Counted from the stretch's first letter, positions 1 through 9,908 are shown. The stretch: DNA of 31,884 nt from an uncultured Deinococcaceae bacterium (GCA_964252075.1 CAXULY010000053.1:1-31884); one strand, 5' to 3'. The notes: a model not told the origin generated them from the letters alone. Made by a program: numbers and translations.

Positions 1-136
1 GTTGAACATCGACGACTGACTCGTATTGGAGCAGGCCGTGAAACAAGCTCTAAGTGACTGCTTGCTCTTCTTCCTGCTTTATTGATGTCTGCTCGACTTG
101 GTCACGCTTGTGCCCGGTGGCGTACGCTGAACCCCC

Positions 137-565
137 GTGAGCGCCCTCCATCTGATCGTGCCCCTCCAAGAAGTCCTCGATCATGGCGAGCGCGCCTGGT
201 TGGAGGACGCTGAGATCCCGGTGACGTCGCCGATTCAAGGACGTTACCCGTCCCGCTCCGAGCTCCTCGATCTTCTCCATGATGTGGGCCTCTCCGATCA
301 GCACGTCCACGAAGCCCCAGAAGAACTCACGGCTGATCTTGCCGATGAGACCCAAGCCCTGCACTCGACGTTGTCCGTTGCCTTCTCGATGCCGTCTTCG
401 CCCGGTGCGCTCGCAGAACGCATGGTCTACCGCGGCCATCACACCCCCGTGCTCGTTCTTGTCCACGCCCTCGAAGTGATTTGCGGAGGGCCCTTCGTGA
501 TCGTTGTGAACGGCGAGACGCCCGTCCTGGCCCGAAACGTGCAACATCACGCTCTTCAAGATTGA
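137..565 (+). CDS. Hypothetical protein (142 aa); its 3' end abuts the IS630 end
   Basis: Open frame with GC3-rich codons and globular composition; the stop lies just inside the IS end. Confidence 0.6.
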   Translation: MSALHLIVPLQEVLDHGERAWLEDAEIPVTSPIQGRYPSRSELLDLLHDVGLSDQHVHEAPEELTADLADETQALHSTLSVAFSMPSSPGALAERMVYRGHHTPVLVLVHALEVICGGPFVIVVNGETPVLARNVQHHALQD

Positions 566-1591
566 GTGTGCTCCTCCGTTGGCACTCCGACGAAGGTGCG
601 TGCCACCGCCCGCCCCAGTCCTTGGCGCCGAACCGCATGCCACGCTGAGCGCAGCCTTGCTTTGAGATCCCCCGTCGTTCTCGCGCAGAAATTGCCTAAC
701 AGGTGCTTCTTGACGTAGGCCCACACGAGTTCAACGGGGTTGAGTTCGGGAGCATAGCCAGGCAGGTACTCCAGCGACACACGAGGATGCCCGGCGACGA
801 AGCCTTGCACGAGCTTCGCCCGATGGATCATCGCACCGTCCAGCACCACGACGATCTCCCCGGCCACGTGCCGCAAAAGATGCGTCAGGAACGCCACGAC
901 CTGCGGCGCTCGGATCGCCCCCACGTGCGTGTGCTGGTAAAACCGTCCCCCACTCGTGACCGCGCCGATCGTCGAAAGATGCGTCCATTTCAGCTTGGTA
1001 GGAATGATCGGGGTTTTCCCGCGCCGTGCCCACGTGCGCACGGCAGTGGTCTTCAGGCTGAAACCGCACTCATCGAGATACACCAACGTCGTGCCGCCAA
1101 CCGTCTTTTTTCCCCAACTCCACGGCCCGAGTCTTCACCCACGTCTGGATCGCTTCTTCGTTGCGCTCGACGGAGCGTTTTTCCGGCTTTTGCGCGCTGT
1201 AGCCGAGCCGGACGAGCAGTTTGTACACGTGGTCGACGTGATACCACACTCCGAACTGCTGACCGATCAGCTCTCGAACCCGTCGCGACGTCCACTGCTC
1301 GTTGGGGAAGCCGTACGAGACGGCGCCGAGGTCCAGAAGGTGACACAGCCGCACCTCCTGGTCATCCGTGAGGCGTTTGGCTTGACCGCCCCCGATAGTG
1401 GCTTGGAGGGCGTGGGGACCGTTGCGGCGGAGTTTTTTCACCCAGTGCCACACAGTGCTGTCGTGCACGCCCAGGGCCTGTGCGATCTGGGTGCTGGTGT
1501 GGGTTCCGTCGTTCAAAAGGCGTTGGCCTTCGAGGCGTCGCTGTTCCATCTGAAAGCGGGTGAGGTGAGGGGGGCGCCAGACCGGAATCAT
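556..1591 (-). CDS. IS630 transposase: HTH ORF (1070-1591) and DDE ORF (556-1086) joined by a +1 frame change at GGGGAAAAAAG (~1105-1115)
   Basis: N-part has HTH and WT..RVRELI..FGV.Y motifs; C-part has YLDECGF, VVLDGAMIH and LPGYAPELNPVE. Confidence 0.9.
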
Positions 1592-1634
1592 GCCCGGCAG
1601 GATAGCGGCCGTGGTCAAGACGAGCAGGAGTCAA
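562..1634 (-). mobile_element. IS630-family insertion sequence
   Basis: Imperfect terminal IRs (TTGAGTG-TGCTCCTC vs TTGACTCCTGCTCGTC), TA at 1635-1636 (left flank reads GA), two-ORF transposase. Confidence 0.85.
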
Positions 1635-2217
1635 TAACCGTTCAGCTTGACTGTGGTTGCTGTAGGTGTTCCAGGTCGGCGCGTACTCGTCGGCCTGGTT
1701 GCCCCAGGTTGTCCAGCCGGGATGACTGCCCCGCGCAAACATCTCTAGACGCGGTCCTGGGCTGCACGCCTCGGTAATAGGGTAAAGCTCGTCCGGCTTT
1801 CGGCTGTGTTCGCGCTTTTGGGCTGCTAGGAAATTCACCTATGAACGCCCCGGCGCCAGGGTTCTGGCGTTCTTGCCCCGAACCCCGAACAGCACCAGCT
1901 CGGTGACGTTGCGGAAATAGAAACCCACCCCGCGCCCATCCGGCCCACCGCCCTTGCGGATCTTGTGCCATACCAGGTTGCTTTTGTACTCAAAGCCCCA
2001 GGCGGCAAGCACGGCCAAGCCTTCGGGCAGCAGAGCATTAGGCACCCACAGGTAGAGGTGTGCCGGTGCCTCTACCAATTCGGCTACGGGCAGCGCCTTA
2101 ATTTCTTCAAGGTTCATGGTTCCGTAGCGGGTCAGGCGGTGGTACTCCGGCGCCACTTTGCCCGTGCGGTTCTGAAACTGCCATGGGGGATCGGCATACT
2201 TGGGGCGTTGCCGCATC
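1635..2217 (-). pseudogene. MT-A70 family DNA adenine methyltransferase with in-frame TAG at 1839-1841; 3' end at the IS630 junction, 5' end uncertain
   Basis: ADPPWQF, HLYLWVPNALL, GVGFYFRNVTE, then RS*VNFL..REHSRKPDE..LEMFARG..GW..WGNQ in the same frame. Confidence 0.9.
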
Positions 2218-2484
2218 TGCGGGCCGCTCAGCACGCCGATGAGCAGCTGCACTTGAGTGGTAGCGCGCTGCACGCCGTACTCGTCGCGCTTAACGGCTAG
2301 GGCAACAAAGCTGCAGCGACATAGCACATTTATTTGGCCTGGGCGTTCTTCTGCTGTGCAAAAGCCATTGCTTGGTTGACACTAATGCCCTAAACCATTG
2401 ACGGATGCCGATTCAAAACGGTGTTAAAAATACCAATGGCCAAAATAAATTCGGACTTTCACTGTGTTGTCCAATATGTTCATG

Positions 2485-2503
2485 TGTTATGTTCAATGCA
2501 TCA
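2485..2503 (+). promoter_or_regulatory. Extended -10 (TG-T-TATGTT) overlapped by an RDRM-like 17-mer
   Basis: TGTTATGTT ends 9 nt before ATG 2503; TTATGTTCAATGCATCA at 2487-2503. Confidence 0.4.
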
Positions 2504-2973
2504 TGGCGTTTAAGAAGCTTAGTGATCAGGTGCAGGAGCTCAGCAACCCACAGCGCAGCGACACCTTCGTCAAAGCGTTTCGCAACGCCGTCTGTGACGG
2601 ACGAATCGAAGCAGCGTACATTCAGGAGCGCTTCACGCTGCCCAAGTCTTTCACGACACGCGGCAATGACGGTACGTACAGCAAGGACAGCCGCGACATG
2701 ATCTTCGACGCTACACCTGAGTTCGAAGAGTGGTTCCAGGACATGAACAAGAGCCTCGCGGTAAGTCGCCGGGGTGGGAAGATCAAACCCACTGTGGAGA
2801 ACATCGAGAAGGGCCTCGTGGACTTTCGTGCCCTCGCGGAAGAGACGCGTCGCAAAATGGCCGCCAGTTACTCCAAGGGCCAGCAACTGGGGGCCAGCCG
2901 CGCCAAAAAGCCCACGGCGAAGAGCAGCGCGAAGGCCGCGCCCAGGCGTGCCGGACGCCCCAAGAAGAGCTGA
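2503..2973 (+). CDS. Hypothetical protein (156 aa) with Lys/Arg/Ala-rich C-terminal tail, possibly DNA-binding
   Basis: Strong codon bias; tail SRAKKPTAKSSAKAAPRRAGRPKKS. Confidence 0.8.
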   Translation: MAFKKLSDQVQELSNPQRSDTFVKAFRNAVCDGRIEAAYIQERFTLPKSFTTRGNDGTYSKDSRDMIFDATPEFEEWFQDMNKSLAVSRRGGKIKPTVENIEKGLVDFRALAEETRRKMAASYSKGQQLGASRAKKPTAKSSAKAAPRRAGRPKKS

Positions 2974-3018
2974 TTCAAACGCTGAAAAGATACGTCCTGT
3001 AACAAGGTAGTCAACACG

Positions 3019-3360
3019 ATGAAGTATTTAATAAATCCCATTTATGCCGATGGCACACAAGTGCAATTGGTTGATGAAAGCGGAGGCGTCATCTGGGAAC
3101 CCCTTCTCACTGCTTTCATAAACGATTTTGAGGAGCCCTCGATCTATATTGAGTTCATAAGTGCGCTTAAGGACGAAGACCATAGACGCAAGGGCTTCTC
3201 GGGGGAATCGGTGTCTATGCTGGTGGAAGCTGGACGAGTCATCATCGGAAACCCAAGAGCACCAACTCAAAGGAAAGAGTACGACCGCTTCGAGCTTATA
3301 GAAGTATTTTTGCAGCGATACGGTCAGTTGGTGATGTGGGATAAAGCATTCAACCAGTAG
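3019..3360 (+). CDS. Low-GC hypothetical protein, possible orphan immunity protein
   Basis: 113-aa acidic ORF in an AT-rich segment, AAGG upstream, near a SMI1/KNR4 gene. Confidence 0.65.
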   Translation: MKYLINPIYADGTQVQLVDESGGVIWEPLLTAFINDFEEPSIYIEFISALKDEDHRRKGFSGESVSMLVEAGRVIIGNPRAPTQRKEYDRFELIEVFLQRYGQLVMWDKAFNQ

Positions 3361-3525
3361 AGAATTCACGTAAAGGGCAACTCACGAAGGGCTGGAGGAT
3401 ATGCAAATAGGCTTCCCAGCCCTTCATGGGTTGCTGCCAAAAATAAGTGCTGGGAAGATGGGTCCCGTGAAGCAAAAAGCGTCGCGTAAGCGGCGGCAAA
3501 GTATGAAACGGGTGGAGGCCCAGGG

Positions 3526-3732
3526 TCAGTGTGCCGGATCAGGCATTTCCATGAGGTCGTCGGTGTCGACCAGCCAGCCGGTCTCGCTCATGCGGCGCAC
3601 GGCGCCCTCGCGGGTGGGGACCCAGCTGCGCTCGGCGCGCCGGATGAGACCCTCGACGCGGCAGTCCTGCTGACGGGCGACGTTGGCCAGCAGGTGAATG
3701 GCGTGGTCGGGCGCGATGTCGCTGAGGGTCAC
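3526..3732 (-). CDS. Small hypothetical protein (68 aa)
   Basis: GTG start overlaps (GTGA) the stop of a membrane-gene remnant; GC3-rich codons. Confidence 0.55.
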   Translation of the reverse strand: MTLSDIAPDHAIHLLANVARQQDCRVEGLIRRAERSWVPTREGAVRRMSETGWLVDTDDLMEMPDPAH

Positions 3733-3834
3733 AGCCACCTCCTGTCGTGCAGGTCCCACGCGCCTATCAGCAGGGTCCAGCCGCCAGTCGCGACGGCGAT
3801 CGAGAGCAGAAGGCCGAAGGCGCCCGCGGTGAGC
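3729..3834 (-). pseudogene. 5'-truncated, internally deleted paralog of the membrane gene at 4829-5044
   Basis: Reads LTAGAFGLLLSIAVATGGWTLLIGAWDLHDRRWL*; clear nucleotide similarity to 4829-4980. Confidence 0.75.
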
Positions 3835-3843
3835 CGAGTGGTG

Positions 3844-4008
3844 AGCGAGCGGAAAAACTGCAGCAGCACACTCGATGATGAGCTGACTTAAATCGTGGAA
3901 ACCGTTACGGACGCTGGTCTGCCGAAACATACGACTCAGGATGTACTGAATCAAAATCACGCCATGCCGGACAGGCTGGGAGTACAGTACACTCGCCCTA
4001 ATGGATAA
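3844..4008 (+). pseudogene. Probable C-terminal remnant of a polymorphic toxin
   Basis: Frame SERKNCSSTLDDELT*IVETVTDAGLPKHTTQDVLNQNHAMPDRLGVQYTRPNG* ends at the SMI1/KNR4 start; low GC. Confidence 0.5.
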
Positions 4009-4459
4009 TGAAATGGACTTCATTGACATGATAAATAAAAAGCTAGTAATTTCCTGGCCCGAACGCAGGCCTGGCGGGCCACCAACTGGACCGGCGCCTA
4101 AGGAGAATATATTACAACTAAAGTCGGTATTTTCTCTTGCGCCGGCGGAGTACTTAGAAATTATTAGCCAATATAATGGATTTGCAGTGCGCAGTAAAGA
4201 ACCAAGCTTTTTCATGTGGTTGTTTTCTGCGTTACATGCCTTACAAACAATGACCGATTATTTCCCTTGGATGATCACCGATATGCCGGGCTGCTTCTTC
4301 TTCGGGAGTGATGGAGATATCATGTACTTTACCGATAAGCATGACGGACGCTACGGCGTTTATAAAGTTGAGGCTGCGGGCCCGTGCTGGGAAGACGCCG
4401 TGTTTGTTGGCAATTCGATAAAATCTGTGCTTTTCGATGGACAGGGGTGGGACGTTTAA
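4001..4459 (+). CDS. SMI1/KNR4 (SUKH) family immunity protein (alternative start 4013)
   Basis: PA..E.I..L....P.EYLEII..YNG and FFGSDG..MYF motifs. Confidence 0.85.
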   Translation: MDNEMDFIDMINKKLVISWPERRPGGPPTGPAPKENILQLKSVFSLAPAEYLEIISQYNGFAVRSKEPSFFMWLFSALHALQTMTDYFPWMITDMPGCFFFGSDGDIMYFTDKHDGRYGVYKVEAAGPCWEDAVFVGNSIKSVLFDGQGWDV

Positions 4460-4500
4460 AAGCATTCGTCACCGCAGTAGCCCGATGAAGTGAAAATATG

Positions 4501-4545
4501 TCTATGGGCTGAGGAGCAGCACATTGCTGCTCCTCAGCCCATAGA
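4501..4545. terminator. Perfect 21-bp inverted repeat between convergent genes (probable bidirectional terminator)
   Basis: TCTATGGGCTGAGGAGCAGCA-CAT-TGCTGCTCCTCAGCCCATAGA. Confidence 0.7.
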
Positions 4546-4583
4546 GAGGTCGCTGGTGCCACACGCAGACCACCCAGTTGTGA

Positions 4584-4832
4584 TTAAGAGGGGACCCAGT
4601 ACACGAGGGGATGGCCGCGCAGGTCAGAGTTCCGCTCCACGCGGACGCGCCCCACCTCGTGCAGGTCCTGCAGCCACACGGTGAGGGTGCGGGGTTTTAC
4701 GCCGAGCACGTCGCTGATCTCCCGCAGCGAATAGCGCATGCCGGGCGTGTCCGCCAGGTAGTCCACGACGGTGTCCGCGTCGAGGGATGGAAGGGGCGTG
4801 GGGAGCCCGGTGGGGGTGAGGGCGAGCGTCAC
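4584..4832 (-). CDS. Winged-HTH DNA-binding protein (82 aa)
   Basis: VVDYL...YSLREISDVLGVKPRTLTVWLQDLHEVGRV; GTGA coupling to the upstream gene. Confidence 0.75.
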   Translation of the reverse strand: MTLALTPTGLPTPLPSLDADTVVDYLADTPGMRYSLREISDVLGVKPRTLTVWLQDLHEVGRVRVERNSDLRGHPLVYWVPS

Positions 4833-5044
4833 AGCCACCGCCAGGTGCTGAGGTCCCAGGCGCCGACCATGCGCCAAGTGCCCCACGCGAGCAGCAGCGC
4901 GCCGATCAGCAGCAGGATCCAGCTGCCGGTCGCGACGGCGATCGAGAGCAGCAGCAGGCCGAGCGCCCCGCCCGTGAGGCACGCGGCCAGGGGGACGCGC
5001 GAGGGGTGCGCGGTGGCCTGGGTGGGCGTGGGGAGGGCCGTCAC
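4829..5044 (-). CDS. Small membrane protein (71 aa, about 2 TM)
   Basis: Two hydrophobic segments; GGAGG RBS; GTGA overlaps at both ends. Confidence 0.75.
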   Translation of the reverse strand: MTALPTPTQATAHPSRVPLAACLTGGALGLLLLSIAVATGSWILLLIGALLLAWGTWRMVGAWDLSTWRWL

Positions 5045-5271
5045 GACGGCACCTCCGAGCGCTTCAGGGTTTCAGGGAGGACGCAGCGGTCCGCCATCTC
5101 GATCAGCTCGGCGGCCAGCTCGCGCGCCTCGTCGGCGGGCAGGAAGATGTTCGCGGTCACGTGGCCCCCGTTCTCGTCGAGGCCGTGTACCTCGATCACG
5201 ATTTCCGCGTCGCCCGGCTCCGGGCGGATCTCGATGTGCTCCGCCCCGGTGTAGAAGCGAACGGCCTTCAC
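5041..5271 (-). CDS. Phage-like small hypothetical protein (76 aa)
   Basis: Coupled by GTGA overlaps; L.ADEARELAAELIEMAD helix. Confidence 0.7.
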   Translation of the reverse strand: MKAVRFYTGAEHIEIRPEPGDAEIVIEVHGLDENGGHVTANIFLPADEARELAAELIEMADRCVLPETLKRSEVPS

Positions 5272-5435
5272 GCGGCCGCCGCCAGGTCGCTATAGTCGAG
5301 GTAGGCGTCGGCGTGCTCGGCGCGCGCCCGCAGGAGCTGCGCCTTATGGTGCGCAGTGGGCGCGCGGTCGTAGCGCGCGGTGGCCTCCAACAGGGCCTGC
5401 CGGGCCGATTCGTAACGCCCCACGACTGCCTTCAC
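5268..5435 (-). CDS. Small helical hypothetical protein (55 aa)
   Basis: GTG start overlaps the upstream stop; GC3-rich. Confidence 0.6.
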   Translation of the reverse strand: MKAVVGRYESARQALLEATARYDRAPTAHHKAQLLRARAEHADAYLDYSDLAAAA

Positions 5436-5749
5436 TTCGCCCACCGGCCGTTCACGCGGGTGCGGGTCTCGCCTTCGGTGGCGAGGGTGCGCAGGGTGCT
5501 GGCCTTGAGGTTGCGGCCACCGCCGGTGCGGACGCCGACGACGTACGCGGGGCGCGCGCCGGGCTGCGGGTCGAGCAGCGTGTCGATGTAGGCGGCGGCG
5601 TCCAAGGTAGGGAAGGCCTCGGACGCGCCGATAACGCACCAGCGGTCGAGGCGCAGCCAGTGCTCAATGCGGCGCTTGCCGTACAAATAGTCGTCGCGCA
5701 CGCCAGGCAGGCAAGCACCTTCGATGCGCTGGGCGAAGGTGGGTGTTAA
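5432..5749 (-). pseudogene. Hypothetical gene whose 5' end is cut by an IS701 end
   Basis: Good coding frame up to TTAA at 5746-5749, then IS701 IR-like sequence. Confidence 0.55.
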
Positions 5750-5945
5750 CAATACTTGGTCTGTGCTGGCGGGCGTTCATGCGGCAATCTGTTCTCCGCA
5801 ATGGGGACATGGTCGAAAACGACGCTGCTCCAGCAGCCTGGTGAAGGCCTGCCGAGCTTGCGGCAACGACCATTTTCTGCCCTTGCTGGCTCGTTCGTCA
5901 TGCCTCGCTGTAGGGCCTGCAAGAACAACATCGTCAGCATCACCC
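5750..5945 (-). mobile_element. IS701-family 3'-end remnant
   Basis: 5918-5944 matches 27169-27195 with two mismatches (VMLTMLFLQ); C-terminal CPHCG; IR-like CAATACTTGGTC vs CAGGACTTTGTC. Confidence 0.75.
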
Positions 5946-5964
5946 TTTACAGGTTGCTGTGGCT

Positions 5965-6592
5965 CACTGGCGAAGCTGTGCGTGTCGAAGCCCACCTTGC
6001 GCTAATTGATGACGCTCCTGAGCGGTTTGTAGACGTACTCGACGGGGTGCTCGATGGTGATGATGTGCTCGCGGTACTTGCCTTTGATGTGGTTGATCAT
6101 CGCGGCGAGGGTGGTGCTCTTGCCGCTCCCGGTGGGGCCCGTGACGAGGACCAGGCCGCGTTTGAGTTCAGCGATGCGGGTGAGGGTGTCGCTGTGCTGC
6201 GGAACGCGGAAGCGCAGGTCGCCGAGGGTGGGGATGTCCTGGCTGATGGGGCGCAGCACCACGTAGGGGCTCTGGTGCTCGAAGCCGACCGAGCCGCGGA
6301 AGCGGCTGGCTTCGGGTTCCGTTTTGAAGTCGCCGTTCAGGGCCAGCTTCAGGTTGCTGTAAAAGGCGTCTTTGTTGGTGATGGCGCCCGGGTGGATCTC
6401 CTCGAGGATGCCGCGGATGTCGTCGGGTTTGAGCCTTTCGTACTTCATGGGGACCCATTCGCCCGTGATGCGGATCATGGGGGGTGCCGCGGTGCAGCAT
6501 GAGGTCGCTGGCGCCGTGCGCGACGGCTTCGTCGAGGATGCTGCTGTACGGCGAGGCGACGGGTTTGATCGGGGTGGCGGTGTCTGTGGTTA
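5965..6592 (-). pseudogene. pilT: PilT/PilU-like retraction ATPase, 3'-truncated, with frameshift, nonsense codon and apparently lost start
   Basis: GASDL.L....P.IRI.G, GLVLVTGPTGSGKSTTLAAMI, IITIEHPVEY, IN*RKVGFDTHSF; frameshift at G6 6479-6484; ATA where an ATG overlapping the pilB stop is expected. Confidence 0.85.
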
Positions 6593-8726
6593 TGCGTGCG
6601 CTCCGGCGGTCCCTTTGGCGGTGTCTCTGAGGTCGGCGTCGGCGGTGACGCTCGCGAGGAGCGTCTCGAGGGTCGCCTGGTGCGCCAGGACCTTTTCCAG
6701 GCCGTCCTCGAGGAGCGTGCTGAGGCCGTCAGCCTGTGCCTGGCGCGGGATGTCCGGGCCGCTGGCGTCCTGGTCGATGGCGTGCTGGATGGCGGGCGTG
6801 ACGCGCAGCACCTCGTGCACCACGACGCGGCTGTGCACGCCGGTGCCGTCGCAGTGCGGGCAGGGCGTGCCGCGCGGGCTGAGGGTGGGCTCGCCGTGTC
6901 TCTGGCGCACCCGGCGCTCTTGAGGATGTTGCGGTGGGTGTGCCCGGGGTAGAGCGACGCGGGGGCGGGCACCTCCAGGCTGCACTTTGGGCAGGGGCGG
7001 CCCACCAGGCGCTGACTGATCACGACGCGCAGCGTGTCCGCGATGGTGAAGGCCTCTAGGCCAAGGTCCAGCAGGCGGCGCACGGTGGCGACCGCGCCGC
7101 CTGTGTGCAGGGTGTTGATCACGAGGTGCCCGTTGAGGCCGGCCTGTGCGGCGATCCCGGCGGTGGTGCGGGTGCGGACCTCCCCCACCATGATTACGTC
7201 CGGGTCCTGGCGCATCAGCGCTTCGAGCGCGCGCTCAACGTCGAGGCGCCGGTCCGCGCTGCTCGCCTCAGGGTTCACAGGCGTCTGAGTGATGCCGGGC
7301 AGGTCGAACTCGATGGGCTGCTTGATGGTCTGGATGTTGCGGTCCGGGCTGTTGAGGACGTTCAGCATGGCGTCGGTGGTGGTGGTCTTGCCGCTGCCGG
7401 TGGGGCCCATCATGAGGATCATGCCTTCGTGCAGCGTGAGCGCTTCCCGCATGACGCTGAGGCTGCGGTCGTTCAGGTCGAGGTCCTCGAGACGCGGGAT
7501 GGGGCGGTTGCGCGGCACGACGCGCATGACGATCTTCTCGAGCCCGCCGTGCCCGGTGCGCAGGGTGTTCACGCGCAGGATGACGTCGACCGTGCCGTGC
7601 CGGTACACGATGCGCTTGTCCTGCGGGAGGTCGCGCTGCTCGGGCTTCATGCCCGCCATGAGCTTCACGCGGGTGAGGATCGCGCTGGCGCTCGCGCCGG
7701 GCAGCTCCTGGTCCAGGGTGAGGCGGCCGTTCACGCGCAGGCGCACGCTCAGACCGTTCGCGCTGGGTTGCAGGTGGATGTCGCTGGCGTTTCGCGCGAC
7801 AGCCGCCTCGATGAGGCCGTTCACGGTGCGGATCACAGCGTTGTCCGACTCGTCCGCGGTGTCCACCACCGGGTCGGGCGTGGTGATGGCGGTGCGCGCG
7901 GCGTCCGCGTGCAGGTCCTGCACGACCTTCGCACGGATGGAGCGGTCCTGGATGGTCGCCTGGATGGCGCTGGTGGCGGCCACCGCGAGTTCGACGTCCT
8001 CCCCGGCGTCCTGCTCGATGCTGCCCTTGAGGTGCGTGGGGTCGGGGTTGTCCGTCAGGACGATCAGCTTGCCGCCTTCGCGGCGCCAGGGGATGGTCTT
8101 GTCGTCCTCGATGATGCGGTGGGAGAGGGCGGTGTGCACGTCGTGCTCGGGTGGGCTCTCGCGTAGGTCGACGTAGCGGAGGTCCTTGTGCAGGGCGATG
8201 GCGCGCGCGAGGTCCGTCTCGGTGATGCGGCGGGTGCTGAGCAGCAGCTTCTCGTCCTTCGGGACGCCCAGCTCGTTCGGCTGGATGTTCCCAACGCCGA
8301 GCTGGTGGAGGGCGTCCATGATGCTGCGGGGCCGGCCTTGTGGGACCGCGGGGCGTGTGGGGATGCTGAGGATCGTGGAGGGCATGTACGCGATGGACTC
8401 GCCGTGCGCGTGCATCAGGTCGGGCGCCAGGGGGGTGGTGCTGCCGGGCACGGGGCAGCACTCGACGAGCGCGGGCGTGAGGCCGCCGTGCGCGGCCTCG
8501 CCGGTGAGGCGGTCGGCGATGGGGGTGCCGATGCGCCGGAGCGCCTCGATGACGAGGGCTTCGCGGATGGGGAGTCGAAGGTCAGGGCGGCGGTGGTGCA
8601 GTCGCGATCGTCTTGCATGACCGCCTTGCGCAGCCGGATGGACTCGGGCATGGCGAGCCCGGCCAGTTCGGAAAGTCCCTTGAGGAACTGCTCTTCGCGG
8701 CGGTGAAGGGTGCGGGTGGTGTTCAT
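6590..8726 (-). pseudogene. PilB/GspE-family assembly ATPase with frameshifts near 8585 and 6915
   Basis: ASDIHLQP, GPTGSGKTTT, LMRQDPDVIMVGEVR, GHLVINTLH, CxxC pairs; Asp box reads TIKQPIE; N- and C-termini are in other frames. Confidence 0.88.
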
Positions 8727-8954
8727 GACGGTCTCACCGTGCAAGCGTGCAGGTGTTGAGGTTCGCGGGTGCGACTTCCCGCTGTGCTGCACGTGGGTTC
8801 GGCCCTGGTGCGCGGGCGAGTGTCGAGCGGTCAAGGGCAACGCGGTGCATCGCTGAGGCGCGCTCGTCCGCTGCTCGGGGCTGCCGAGCGCTGAACGGAC
8901 GGCGTGGAACAGCGGCGCGCACTTGACCGTGCGCGCCGCTGTTGAGGTAGTGGT

Positions 8955-9065
8955 TCAGGGCGCTGTGAGCGCTTCGGTGATGGTGAGGACGCCCGTCGCG
9001 GTGTGCGTCAGGGTGCCAGCCGTGACGGTGGCGCGCAGCAGGTACGTGCCGGTCGGGAGGTCCTT
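8955..9065 (-). pseudogene. C-terminal fragment of an Ig-like/beta-sandwich surface protein
   Basis: KDLPTGTYLLRATVTAGTLTHTATGVLTITE, preceded by an in-frame TGA. Confidence 0.35.
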
Positions 9066-9150
9066 TCAGAACCGCGTGACGCGCGGGGGGCAGGTTCTCT
9101 CCCCTCCCCCGACGCTGGCTTGAAGCGCAATGTGGTGCGGGGTAGCCGTT

Positions 9151-9777
9151 TCAGAGGTAAGGGCGCAGGTCCGGGCGGTGCTGCCTCACGATGGCGCGAG
9201 TCACTTCACCCTTGCCGAGCCGGTTCGCCCACCCGAGGAACACCGCTGGAACCATCGCGTCCAGGTGCTCCTCGTACCACCCGTCGGACGTGCGCGCCGG
9301 TGGGGGGAGCAAGGCCAGCGCGGTCAGGCCGAGGAAATACCCTCCGTGGCGGGCGGTGTGCACCAGCCAGATGCCTGGTTCCACCTCGTCGACGATGTCC
9401 ACCGGTCCCCAGGGACTGTCACTCCCGATCACCGGCGTGTTCAGCTGGAGGGCGAGGGCCACGTCGAGTCGCTCGGCGCTCACGACGGGTTCGAGGGCGC
9501 GCACGAGTTCGTCCAGGTCCTGCTGGTGATGTCCTGGATGGGTCTGAAGGCCGACGAGGGTGAGGGCGTCGTCGGTCCGGGTCAGGCGTGCTTCGGCGCG
9601 CGGCTCGCCCAACCAGGTGACGTGAAGGTGCGCGTCGCCGCGGTCACTCAGGACCACGTGGAGTGTGGGGCGGTCGCCGAGGGTGACGCGGGTGGTGTCG
9701 TGGTGGACGGGAAGGTTGAGTTGCTGTGCGGTGCGTCGTTCATTCCCCGAGTGTGGGATCGCGCCAGCGTTCAGCAC
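9151..9777 (-). CDS. DUF7007-like domain protein (start uncertain)
   Basis: C-terminal SPWG......GIW.V.TA.HGG..L...P......GWYEE motif. Confidence 0.7.
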   Translation of the reverse strand: MLNAGAIPHSGNERRTAQQLNLPVHHDTTRVTLGDRPTLHVVLSDRGDAHLHVTWLGEPRAEARLTRTDDALTLVGLQTHPGHHQQDLDELVRALEPVVSAERLDVALALQLNTPVIGSDSPWGPVDIVDEVEPGIWLVHTARHGGYFLGLTALALLPPPARTSDGWYEEHLDAMVPAVFLGWANRLGKGEVTRAIVRQHRPDLRPYL

Positions 9778-9908
9778 AGGGCGGTGGGAAGCGGACCGTG
9801 GGTCACGCGCTGAGGATGCGACTAGGCGGAACTTCTGGTCTCGGGTGGGCCCCGCACATTCAGGCTCACGGATGTGCACGGACAGCCGGATGGCGAACAG
9901 GGGCTCAC

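Noticed and set aside
1839..1841. Programmed amber readthrough in the methyltransferase
   Set aside because: No pyl genes or recoding signal; the 5' end also looks damaged and similar nonsense changes occur in other genes.
5777..5995. 72-aa ORF as a zinc-finger protein
   Set aside because: Chimera of the pilT remnant and the IS701 transposase C-terminus.
7034..8706. Several long + strand and alternate-frame ORFs
   Set aside because: Shadows of the pilB pseudogene.
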